Part shown: piece by piece, positions 14,884 to 22,989 of the stretch
How positions within the stretch are numbered: the stretch's first letter is position 1
Layout of the letters: the number at the start of each line of letters is the position of its first letter
Origin: Gemmatimonadaceae bacterium
GTDB lineage: Bacteria; Gemmatimonadota; Gemmatimonadetes; Gemmatimonadales; Gemmatimonadaceae
Reading direction: 5' to 3'
Assembly (NCBI GenBank): GCA_036003525.1
Contig: DASYSH010000339.1
Span: forward strand, 1-39,604
Length of the DNA: 39,604 nucleotides
Made by a program: the position numbers and the translations under genes
The notes under the pieces: model-generated
What the model was told of the DNA's origin: nothing
Seen by the model: only the letters and a program-made list of their open reading frames with translations
Database searches by the model: none

Positions 14884-17109
14884 TCAAACCGGGAACAGCA
14901 TCTCCCGGTACCTCGGCAACGGCCACTCTCCATCCCCGCAATTAATCTCCAGCGTATCGCTCGCCTCGCGCACCGCTGCCATCGCATCCGCGCCGTCGGC
15001 GGTGAGGAAACGCGCCTGCTTCTCGGGGTCGTGATGCATCGACTCGGCCTTGGCGATCGCTTTCACGAGCGCGGCCGTCGCATTCTGCAGCTTCGTCACG
15101 AGCGCGCCCGCTTCGCTCGCGGCGCGCAGCATCGGATTCGGCTTCACGCCCGCTGACTTCGCGCGAGCGGCGGCGGCCGACAGCGACCCCGCATACGCGT
15201 AGCCCGCCGGAAGCACCATCGTGTTCGCCATTTCCGCCATCGTGTGCATCTCGATCAGCATGTCCTTGATGTAGCGCTCGAGGCGGATGTGGTAGCGCGA
15301 ATCAATTTCCTCTTTCGCGAGAATGCCGAGATTCATGAACAGCTCGCGCGACGGCTTGGTGACGATCTGCGCGAGCGCCTCCGGCGTGCGACGGAAGTTC
15401 GGCAGCCCGCGCTTCTTCGCCTCCTTCACCCACGCATCGGAATAGTTGTTGCCCTCGAAGCGCACCGCAGTCGTCTGCTTGAACGCGTCGCGAATCACCT
15501 TGAGCACGGCGTCGTCGCGCGATTCGGTGCTTTTCAGCTCCTTGCGGATCGACTCGGTGAGCTCGCCGATCGCTTCGGCGACCGTCGCATTGAGCAGCAT
15601 TACCGGAAACGCGATCGACTGGCTCGACCCGACGGCGCGGAACTCGAACTTCGCGCCCGTGAATGCGAACGGCGATGTGCGGTTGCGGTCGGTGTTGTCC
15701 TTCGCGACATCCGGAAGCTTCGCGACGCCGAGCTGGATCATCGCCTGCGCCGCGCCCTGCTTGCCGGTCTTGCCCGCCGCGATGTCCTCGATCACCCGCG
15801 TCAGCATGTCGCCCATGAACACGGAAATGATCGCCGGCGGCGCTTCGTTTGCGCCGAGGCGGTGCTCGTTGCCCGACGTCGCGATGCCCGCGCGAATCAG
15901 CCCCGCATGCTTGTGCACGGCCTTCAGCACCGCCGCAAGAATGAGCAGGAAGCGGATGTTCTGATGCGGCGTCTTGCCCGGCTTCAAGAGATTGACGCCG
16001 TCGAGTTCGTTGTCCGATGTGATGGCCATCGACCAGTTGCAGTGCTTGCCCGATCCGTTGATACCGGCAAACGGCTTCTCGGCGAGCAGCGCCTGCAGCC
16101 CGTGACGCAGCGCGACCTTCTTGAGAATCGACATCACGAGCTGGTTGTGATCGACCGCGATATCGGTCTCTTCGAACACCGGCGCCATCTCGAACTGGCA
16201 CGGCGCGACTTCGTTGTGGCGCGTCATGATCGGCACGCCGAGTTTGTAGAGTTCGAACTCGACCTCGGCGATGCACGCGAGCGTACGCTCCGGAATTCCG
16301 CCGAAATAATGGTCTTCGAGCTGCTGGCCGCGCGGCGGCGGCGCGCCGATCAGCGTGCGGCCGCCCATGACCAGATCGGGACGCATCGCGAAGTGATTGC
16401 GATCGATCAGGAAATATTCCTGTTCGGGTCCAAGCGTGGTGTATACGCGGAGCGCGCCCTTGTCGCCGATGAGATCGAGCAGCTCGATCGTCTTTTGCGA
16501 GAGGATGTCGCTCGAGCGGAGCAGCGGCGTGAGCTCGTCGAGCGCTTCGCCGTGATAGCCGATGAACGCGGACGGAATGCACAGCGTTTTCGTGCCGGGC
16601 GACTCAAAAATGAAAACCGGCGACGCAGGGTTCCACGCGGTGTAGCCTCGCGCTTCCCACGTCGCGCGAAGTCCGCCGGAGGGGAAGCTCGATGCGTCGG
16701 GCTCGCTCTGGATGAGCTGATCGCCGGTGAATTGCTCGACCGGCAGTTTGTTTTCGTCGAGCGCGAGGAACGAATCGTGCTTTTCCGCGGTGAGTCCCGT
16801 CTGCGGCTGGAACCAGTGGCAGAAATGCGTGACACCGCGCGAGAGGGCCCACTCCTTGATCACCGACGCGACTGCGGGCGCGATGTCGAGATCCAGCTTC
16901 TTTCCGAGGCGGATCGACGCGACAAGCTTCGCGTAGATCTCCTTCGGCAGCTTGTCGCGCATCTGGCGCGCGCCGAGCGTGTTCATCCCGAAGTACTGCG
17001 ACGTCGGGACTGGCGACTCGCTGGCCGCCGGAATGTCGGGTGGTGAGACGACACGCGTGGCTATCGCACGCATGGCTGCGGAGCGAGGCGTAAGGTGTGA
17101 GGTGCTCAT
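14884..17109 (-). CDS. glnN: glutamine synthetase type III
   Basis: GSIII hallmarks are present: LPKEIYAKL, VTHFCHWFQPQTGLTAEKHDSF, LIQSEPDASSFPSGGLRATWEARGYTAWN, MTRHNEVAPCQFEMAPVFE, AEKPFAGINGSGKHCNWS, NRTSPFAFTGAKFEFRAVGSSQ. The protein is about 740 aa. The start is uncertain: ATG 17109 (MSTSHL) or ATG 17073 (MRAIATR). The track start at 17220 is unlikely. Confidence 0.9.
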   Translation of the reverse strand: MSTSHLTPRSAAMRAIATRVVSPPDIPAASESPVPTSQYFGMNTLGARQMRDKLPKEIYAKLVASIRLGKKLDLDIAPAVASVIKEWALSRGVTHFCHWFQPQTGLTAEKHDSFLALDENKLPVEQFTGDQLIQSEPDASSFPSGGLRATWEARGYTAWNPASPVFIFESPGTKTLCIPSAFIGYHGEALDELTPLLRSSDILSQKTIELLDLIGDKGALRVYTTLGPEQEYFLIDRNHFAMRPDLVMGGRTLIGAPPPRGQQLEDHYFGGIPERTLACIAEVEFELYKLGVPIMTRHNEVAPCQFEMAPVFEETDIAVDHNQLVMSILKKVALRHGLQALLAEKPFAGINGSGKHCNWSMAITSDNELDGVNLLKPGKTPHQNIRFLLILAAVLKAVHKHAGLIRAGIATSGNEHRLGANEAPPAIISVFMGDMLTRVIEDIAAGKTGKQGAAQAMIQLGVAKLPDVAKDNTDRNRTSPFAFTGAKFEFRAVGSSQSIAFPVMLLNATVAEAIGELTESIRKELKSTESRDDAVLKVIRDAFKQTTAVRFEGNNYSDAWVKEAKKRGLPNFRRTPEALAQIVTKPSRELFMNLGILAKEEIDSRYHIRLERYIKDMLIEMHTMAEMANTMVLPAGYAYAGSLSAAAARAKSAGVKPNPMLRAASEAGALVTKLQNATAALVKAIAKAESMHHDPEKQARFLTADGADAMAAVREASDTLEINCGDGEWPLPRYREMLFPV

Positions 17110-17193
17110 TTTTTGGGTCGGAGGCGGAGGCGAAGGTCGGCGGGCGGCGGCTGCACGATGTCGCTCAATTCGTGCAGATAATGCAAATATATC

Positions 17194-17215
17194 GTTGAAT
17201 TTCGAAGAATTCAAC
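17194..17215. promoter_or_regulatory. imperfect palindrome GTTGAATT-N6-AATTCAAC upstream of glnN (candidate operator)
   Basis: Seen directly. It lies in the AT-rich 17160..17255 stretch, 85 to 105 nt upstream of the glnN start. No known regulator motif could be assigned. Confidence 0.3.
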
Positions 17216-17255
17216 GCCAAAAATGCAATTTTGGTTTCGGCTGCATTTCGATGGG

Positions 17256-17290
17256 CAAAAACAAAGGGGCGGCGCTCCTCGCGCCGCCCC
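17256..17290 (-). terminator. rho-independent terminator of the 17312..21196 gene
   Basis: The minus strand reads GGGGCGGCGC-GAGGA-GCGCCGCCCC, a 10-bp GC stem with a 5-nt loop. It is followed immediately by TTTGTTTTTG, starting 22 nt after the stop codon. Confidence 0.8.
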
Positions 17291-17311
17291 CCGTGTCCTA
17301 TTCCATTCTTA

Positions 17312-20300
17312 TTATCTCAAGCCGCTTCCGCCGCCGGCTCCTCCACCTTCGCCACCACCCGGAGGCCGGCCGCCGCGACCGCCGCCGCCCTGGATCGGGC
17401 CGAAAACCGACTGCGGGTGCCGCACCTGCTCAGGAAGCTTGTCCCACTGTTCCTTGGTGAGCACGATCTGCGCTTCGGAGATCGACTTCGCGCCGAGCTC
17501 CTGCGCGTTGGCGAAGATTCCGCGCAGCTGCACCTGCACGGCACTCGGGTCCGCGTTGTGACCCATCGACGCCATCTTGGCGGCAACCTTGATGCCGAGC
17601 GTATCGATCTGGTGCACCAGCGAGTCGGCCAGCACGGTGAGCAGATCCTTCTGCGGCGCCGTCAGGTTGAGCTTGAGCGTGTCCGCGCGCTGGAGAATCG
17701 TGCGGAAAATATTCGGCACATAACGCTGCACCATGCGGGTGTACTGCTGCATCGTGTCCGCTGGTGTGCCGTTGCCGCCGCGACCGCCGCGAGCCGCGGC
17801 CTGCGCGGCAAGCTGCGCCTGACGTGCATAGTCCGGACCGATCGTATATCGCGCGGTGAGCTGCACGCGGAACGGGTTCGTGATGATCAGCTGGTTCGAG
17901 CGCTGGTCGCCGAACTTTTCGTTCACCGAGTACTTGAACGAGTTGGTGTTCGGATCGAAGCCCGTCACATACAGCAGCTGGCTGTTTGGACGCGCCGGCT
18001 GTCCCCAGCCCTCAAGATGGTTCTGTCCGTGCAGCAGCAGGTCCGCGCCGGCCATCGGATTGGTCAGCGCAAACGAGATCATCAGGTTGCGGTTGAGACC
18101 GAAGCGATCCGGACGGTAGTTGATCTGCATGCTGAGGTTCGGCAGCCACTCGGTGCGGCACGAATTGCGCTGCGCGATCTGGCCGAGCTGCGACTCGAGG
18201 CACGAGCGAATGCGCGACGGCGCGGCCGCGAGCAGGTGGTTCATGCCGTTCGCGAGCGCAGTGTCGGTGGTCGTCTTGGGATCGTAAATGAACGCGCGAT
18301 CGTTCGACGAGCCGTCGCCGTTGATGTCGCCGCCGACCATCGGCGTATACGGCGCGCCCGACGTGTAGCTCGCCACCGCGGTGAGCTCCACCGAGGGGTG
18401 CACCGGCCACGTGGCCGTGAGCTGAATGTTGTGGCGCCGTTCGTTGTCGCTCGTTCCCCAGCCGACGATGTTCGGATTGCCCGCCGTCGTCGGTGAGCGG
18501 AACAATCCGGCGGCCGATCCCGTCGCGCTGCCCTGGTCACGCGAGAGCGAGTAGGTGTACGACAGCGACATGTTGATGCCCTGCGGCGTGAAGCCGTTGA
18601 TCGATGTCGTCACCTGCTTCGACTCGTTGCCGAGATTCGAGTTCACGCTGTACACGCTGCCGTACGCGCTCTGCACGCGTGAGTTGAGCGACTGCAATGC
18701 GCCGGTGGTCGGCACGATCGCCTGCGGCGTGACGTACACGGGCCGGTTGGCTTCGTTGGCGATCGTGAACTGCGGCGATGCCGTGTTCAGATTCAGATCC
18801 GTGACGCCGTAATAGTTGACGCCGCGGGCATACGATGCGTCGATGTTGACGGTGTAGCGCTGGAGAATGCGGCGCTGCACACCGAGCGACCCGCGCCAGG
18901 CGCGCGGCGACTCGAAATCCGGTGCGAACGTCGTGACATTCGGTTTGTTCGCCGAGAGAACGTTCGGAGCCGAGTTCTGTCCGCCGAGGCACTGCGTGGG
19001 AATCGCGGCGGGGTCGTTGATCATCGACGACCAGTCGGGAATCGGCGTCGCCGAGCCGATGCAAACCAGCTGCGACTCCGAACCCGGAAGACCGGTCGCG
19101 TCGAGTGCGTTCGTAAACAGACCGGTCGGAGCGCGGCCGCGGAACTCGCCGATGCCGCCGCGAATTACGGTCGTCGAAAGACCCTGGAACATGTTCGGTC
19201 CGCCGCCGCCCGCACCGCCGCCGCCGCCACCACGGCCGCCGCGTCCACCACCACCACCGCCGCCACCGAATCCGCCGCCCTGCTGGCCGTTGTTCTGGCC
19301 GTTCTGGCCGGGGCGCGTCGTCGTATCACCCGGCGCGCGCGGCGGCGGTGCGGGCGGAAGTCCCGAGGTCCATGTGAATCCAAGCCGCGGACTGACGTGC
19401 GTTTCCGACGGGAAAAGGCTGGTGTTGCGCCCGAACAGTGTCTCGATGTCAGGATTGTACGCCGGACGGCCGTCGAAGCGGGTGCCTTCCGCGCGCACGC
19501 CGTACACCATCTGGAACGCGCGCGAGACGCGCCACGCGTCGCCGAGATAGATCGCCGCGTTCTCGGTATCACCGGTGTGCACCGTCGGAGTCAGCGTCCG
19601 CGTGAACTGACTCGGCAGATTGTTGTCGAAGTCGGCCAGCGAGTTGTACGCCCACGAGCCGAGCTGGTTCGTCGTGTTGTTGTTGTTGAACGTCGTGATG
19701 TTGCCGAATACGCCGAGCTTCCAGCGGTGCGCGCTGCCGGACTTGAAGTAACTCGCCTCGTCCGTGAGCTCGATCTGTTTCGTCTCGGTCGAGGTCGGCA
19801 TGCCGGCGTTGCCGCCGAACACGAAGTTGCTGATGCCCGTGAGGCTGTCCGGCAGCGCCGACGTCACGCGCACCATGCCCTGCGGCATCGTGAGGAACGG
19901 CTGTGCGTCGTTCTTCGCGTCATTGGCGTAGAGGCGCGCCTCGTTGATGATGCCGATATCGAACTGCGAGCTGAGGGACGCCATGATGCCGCCGCCGAGC
20001 GAGTGCGTGTCGCCGCCGTGCGCAGGCACGGAGAGCGTGCTGAGGCGCGTGGCGTCGAGCGATGACCAGTTCCAGTCACCGCGGATCGTGAGCGTGTGAC
20101 GGTCGCCGAGCGCGAAGTCCATGCGCGTGAGCGCGGTGGAGCGATCGTTCGCCGCGTCGGTCGGCACGAGGAGCGACGACGTCGGAATGCCGTAATGGTT
20201 CAGGCTGCCGAGGAAATGTGCGACGGAGTCCGGCGACGCATTGGACCGCTCGAGCAGCAGATCGTTCGCGTTGAGCAGCGTGTTGATGTCGTTGGTGCGG

Positions 20301-21196
20301 ATGCTTCCGTTTGCCGAGACGAACCAGAACGACTGGTCCTGCACGAACGGACCGCCGACGCCGAAGCTCAGCTGGTTCGACGTGTAGCGCGCGGTGCGCT
20401 GCGACGACGTGTCGGGGAACATCAAGTCCGGCTGATTCATCACATAGCCGGTCGAGCCCTGAATGACATTGGTTCCGCTGCGTGTCGTGCTCGCGACCTG
20501 CCCACCGGTGAACTGTCCGCGCGCGACGTCGTACGTGTTGGTGATGACGCGCGTGTTGCGCACGGCCTCCGACGGCACGCCGCCGGAGCCGAACGAGAGA
20601 CCGTCGAGCGTGATCTGGTTCTGGTCCGCGCGCTGGCCCGCGATCACGAACGAGTTCGCGGTCGAGTCGGATCCTCCGAGCATGATCACGCCCGGCGCGA
20701 GCGATGCGACGAGCGCCGGATCCGACGCATCGACGGGGAGACGATACAGCTGTTCGCCGGTGAGATTTTTTTCCGTGCTGCCGGCCGTCGGACGATCGTT
20801 TCCGTTCGGGTTCGGCGCCGCGCGCACGACGATCTGTCCGAGGCGCTGGCTGGTGGGGCTCAACTTTGCGTCGGCCTCGAGACGGTCTTCGTCGGCCTGA
20901 CGGTTGAGATTCATGACGAACGGCGCCATGCCGATTGCCTTGAATGTCACGCGGTAATTTCCGCCGCCATCCGGATAGAGCAGCGTGTACGCGCCCTTTT
21001 CATTCGTGGTGCGGAAACGCGTGACCTGCGTTTCGAGGGACATCACTTCGACGCGCGCGCCCGCAATGGGCTCGCCGTTCGGACCGGTAACCTTACCGGT
21101 AATGATGTCGGTGGTCGATCCAACCTGAGCGCGGGCCAGAGCCGGCACGCCGAACGCCGCTACGATAACGGCGACGGCAAAGAATAGTCGTTTCAT
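17312..21196 (-). CDS. giant CarboxypepD_reg + TonB-dependent-receptor-like outer-membrane protein with Gly-rich insert and C-terminal LTxxQ-containing extension
   Basis: Start taken at ATG 21196, giving signal peptide MKRLFFAVAVIVAAFGVPALARAQ. CarboxypepD_reg-like segment: ITGKVTGPNGEPIAGARVEVMSLETQVTRFRTTNEKGAYTLLYPDGGGNYRVTFKAIGM. Plug-like segment: LTGEQLYRLPVDASDPALVASLAPGVIMLGG...ITLDGLSFG. A long beta-rich region follows. See the findings for the atypical C-terminus. Confidence 0.8.
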   Translation of the reverse strand: MKRLFFAVAVIVAAFGVPALARAQVGSTTDIITGKVTGPNGEPIAGARVEVMSLETQVTRFRTTNEKGAYTLLYPDGGGNYRVTFKAIGMAPFVMNLNRQADEDRLEADAKLSPTSQRLGQIVVRAAPNPNGNDRPTAGSTEKNLTGEQLYRLPVDASDPALVASLAPGVIMLGGSDSTANSFVIAGQRADQNQITLDGLSFGSGGVPSEAVRNTRVITNTYDVARGQFTGGQVASTTRSGTNVIQGSTGYVMNQPDLMFPDTSSQRTARYTSNQLSFGVGGPFVQDQSFWFVSANGSIRTNDINTLLNANDLLLERSNASPDSVAHFLGSLNHYGIPTSSLLVPTDAANDRSTALTRMDFALGDRHTLTIRGDWNWSSLDATRLSTLSVPAHGGDTHSLGGGIMASLSSQFDIGIINEARLYANDAKNDAQPFLTMPQGMVRVTSALPDSLTGISNFVFGGNAGMPTSTETKQIELTDEASYFKSGSAHRWKLGVFGNITTFNNNNTTNQLGSWAYNSLADFDNNLPSQFTRTLTPTVHTGDTENAAIYLGDAWRVSRAFQMVYGVRAEGTRFDGRPAYNPDIETLFGRNTSLFPSETHVSPRLGFTWTSGLPPAPPPRAPGDTTTRPGQNGQNNGQQGGGFGGGGGGGGRGGRGGGGGGAGGGGPNMFQGLSTTVIRGGIGEFRGRAPTGLFTNALDATGLPGSESQLVCIGSATPIPDWSSMINDPAAIPTQCLGGQNSAPNVLSANKPNVTTFAPDFESPRAWRGSLGVQRRILQRYTVNIDASYARGVNYYGVTDLNLNTASPQFTIANEANRPVYVTPQAIVPTTGALQSLNSRVQSAYGSVYSVNSNLGNESKQVTTSINGFTPQGINMSLSYTYSLSRDQGSATGSAAGLFRSPTTAGNPNIVGWGTSDNERRHNIQLTATWPVHPSVELTAVASYTSGAPYTPMVGGDINGDGSSNDRAFIYDPKTTTDTALANGMNHLLAAAPSRIRSCLESQLGQIAQRNSCRTEWLPNLSMQINYRPDRFGLNRNLMISFALTNPMAGADLLLHGQNHLEGWGQPARPNSQLLYVTGFDPNTNSFKYSVNEKFGDQRSNQLIITNPFRVQLTARYTIGPDYARQAQLAAQAAARGGRGGNGTPADTMQQYTRMVQRYVPNIFRTILQRADTLKLNLTAPQKDLLTVLADSLVHQIDTLGIKVAAKMASMGHNADPSAVQVQLRGIFANAQELGAKSISEAQIVLTKEQWDKLPEQVRHPQSVFGPIQGGGGRGGRPPGGGEGGGAGGGSGLR

Positions 21197-21244
21197 GTCG
21201 TATAAGACGCATGAGACGACTTTCGCGTTCACCCCGCTTATACC

Positions 21245-22645
21245 CTACCACCAGCCCAAGAGTTTCCACCATCCGAGACCGGTTACTGTCCAAATCGTGA
21301 TGGTCGCGAACGAGACGATCAGGCCCAGCCGCCACCAATCACGCTGCGTGATATAGTTGGCTCCAAAGTAGATCGGCGCGGTGGTTGTTCCGTAGTGTGT
21401 GAGCGATGCGCTGAGGTTCGAGAAGTATGCCAGGAAGAGCACGGCCACCAACGGCGGTGCGCCCGCCGCCATCACCACGAGCAAAAACGGCGTGAACATC
21501 GCGGTCGCGTGCGCGGTAATGCTCGCGAATCCGTAGTGCGCATAGAAATAAATGAGGAGCAGCACGGCGAGCGCGGCGCCCCAGCTCCATCCCGCGGTCA
21601 TCGCCGCCGAACCCTGCGCGAATCGCGACGTCACGCCGCTCTGGCTCAGTGCCTCCGCCATTCCGAGCAGACCGCCATACCAGATGAACACGTCCCACGC
21701 GGGCTTCTCGCCGATGATCTCATCCCATGACAGCACGCCGCTCAAAAACAGCACGCTGATGCCAAGCAGCGCGACGACGGCGTAGTTGATGTGGTGCAGA
21801 GCAGTCGTCATCCACAGCCCGGCCACGAGCGCGAACACCGCGAGCATGATGCGCTCCTGGCGGCGCATCGGGCCGATCCGGTCGAGCTCTTCCTGCGCGA
21901 ATCGCGACGCATCCGGAGTGCTCGTGATTTCCGGCGGGTAGATCTTGAACAGCAGCCATGGGATGAATGCGAGCGAAATCAGCGCGGGCACGGACGCGCC
22001 GATCAGCCATTTCGAGTAGGTGAGATCGATCGCGGCCGTGTCCTTCGCGAACTTTGCGACCAGGACGTTCGATGCCTGTCCGGTGAGAAACGCGGCGCAC
22101 GCGACGACGTCGCACTGATAAATCGTGAAGAGCAAATATGCGCCAAGCCGGCGCGCCGTCGGGCCCGGCTGCGAGTCATACGCCTCGGCGAGACTGCGCG
22201 CGACGGGGAACACCACGCCGCCGGCGCGCGCGCTGTTCGACGGAAGAAACGCCGCGAGCAGCGTGTCGGTCGAGATGAGCGCGTACGCGAGGCCGAGTGA
22301 ATTGCGTCCGAGCACGCGAATGAACAGGAACGCGATGCGGCGTCCGAGCCCCGTCTTGAGCACGCCGCGCGAGAGAAAAAATGCGCAGAGCACGAGCCAG
22401 ACGATCGGATCGGAGTATCCGCTGAGCGCCTTCGCCGTCGGCAGCGTGTTGGTGAGCGCGATCGTCGAAACGCCGAGGAACACGACCGCGCCCGCGGGAA
22501 CGGGACGCACGATGGAGCCGACGATCGTCGCCGTGAATATTGCGAGGAGGCGCCACGACTCGGGTGAAATCCCCGACGGCGCGGGAAACCAGAGCACGAT
22601 GAGCGCCGATGCAACGACGGCGAGCCAGCGGTTGAAAGTGGACAT
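21245..22645 (-). CDS. DASS-family anion:cation symporter (2-oxoglutarate/malate- or CitT-like)
   Basis: 466 aa from ATG 22645 (MSTFNRWLAVVASALIVLWF). Polytopic membrane protein with DASS-like motifs (LPSNSARAGGVVFPVA ... SNLSASLTHYGTTTAPIYFG). The track ORF extends to 23032 only because the frame stays open across the tRNA gene. Confidence 0.85.
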   Translation of the reverse strand: MSTFNRWLAVVASALIVLWFPAPSGISPESWRLLAIFTATIVGSIVRPVPAGAVVFLGVSTIALTNTLPTAKALSGYSDPIVWLVLCAFFLSRGVLKTGLGRRIAFLFIRVLGRNSLGLAYALISTDTLLAAFLPSNSARAGGVVFPVARSLAEAYDSQPGPTARRLGAYLLFTIYQCDVVACAAFLTGQASNVLVAKFAKDTAAIDLTYSKWLIGASVPALISLAFIPWLLFKIYPPEITSTPDASRFAQEELDRIGPMRRQERIMLAVFALVAGLWMTTALHHINYAVVALLGISVLFLSGVLSWDEIIGEKPAWDVFIWYGGLLGMAEALSQSGVTSRFAQGSAAMTAGWSWGAALAVLLLIYFYAHYGFASITAHATAMFTPFLLVVMAAGAPPLVAVLFLAYFSNLSASLTHYGTTTAPIYFGANYITQRDWWRLGLIVSFATITIWTVTGLGWWKLLGWW

Positions 22646-22752
22646 GCGCGCGGAATATACGGGCCGGATGCGGAGTGCGTAGGAGGAATACGGGACACAT
22701 TCGACTTGAGTAGCACTCGCCTGCGGACTAGGTTCCTCTCTCAGTGAAGTGC

Positions 22753-22824
22753 GGCGCCGTGGCCAAGTGGTAAGGCAGGAGACTGCAAATCTCCCATTCG
22801 TCGGTTCGATTCCGACCGGCGCCT
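22753..22824 (+). tRNA. tRNA-Cys (anticodon GCA)
   Basis: GGCGCCG acceptor stem pairs with CGGCGCC (22817..22823). D-loop AAGTGGTAA. Anticodon stem GGAGA/TCTCC with loop CTGCAAA. T-arm GTCGG-TTCGATT-CCGAC. Discriminator T. No encoded CCA. Confidence 0.93.
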
Positions 22825-22951
22825 CTGTATTTGACGGCAGAAGGCAGAAGACGGACGGCAGAAAAAAACTATTGCACGAACGTACCAATGTGTTGTAGCG
22901 TATTGCCGTCGCCCTGGAGACGCGTCCGGGCGCACCGGGACGACGGAAGGA

Positions 22952-22989
22952 CAGAAGGCCGAAAACTCGTGAGAGTTTCCGGCCTTCTG
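22952..22989. terminator. 16-bp-stem hairpin between tRNA-Cys and the convergent REC-EAL gene (possible terminator)
   Basis: CAGAAGGCCGAAAACT - CGTGAG - AGTTTCCGGCCTTCTG, with one mismatch. There is no clear U-tract on either strand. It lies 44 nt after the REC-EAL stop and 128 nt after the tRNA. Confidence 0.45.

Noticed and set aside
15244-17046. 600-aa plus-strand ORF covering most of the glnN locus
   Set aside because: It is antisense to a GSIII gene with unmistakable family motifs. Its translation is Arg/Leu/Asp-rich junk typical of the reverse frame of GC-rich coding DNA.
17110-17255. Sigma-54 (TGGCAC-N5-TTGCA), NtcA (GTA-N8-TAC) or GlnR/TnrA (TGTNA-N7-TNACA) sites upstream of glnN, and likewise in 11487..11642 and 14725..14883
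   Set aside because: I looked for them because of the GS genes. TGGC and TTGCA words occur, but not with -24/-12 spacing, and no GTA-N8-TAC or TGTNA-N7-TNACA match was found by eye.
17223-17561. Small plus-strand ORFs (112 aa and 69 aa) in and beyond the glnN/OM-protein intergenic region
   Set aside because: They are Pro/Arg/Gly-rich translations that run antisense into the 3' end of the OM-protein gene and across its terminator. There is no RBS and no protein-like character.
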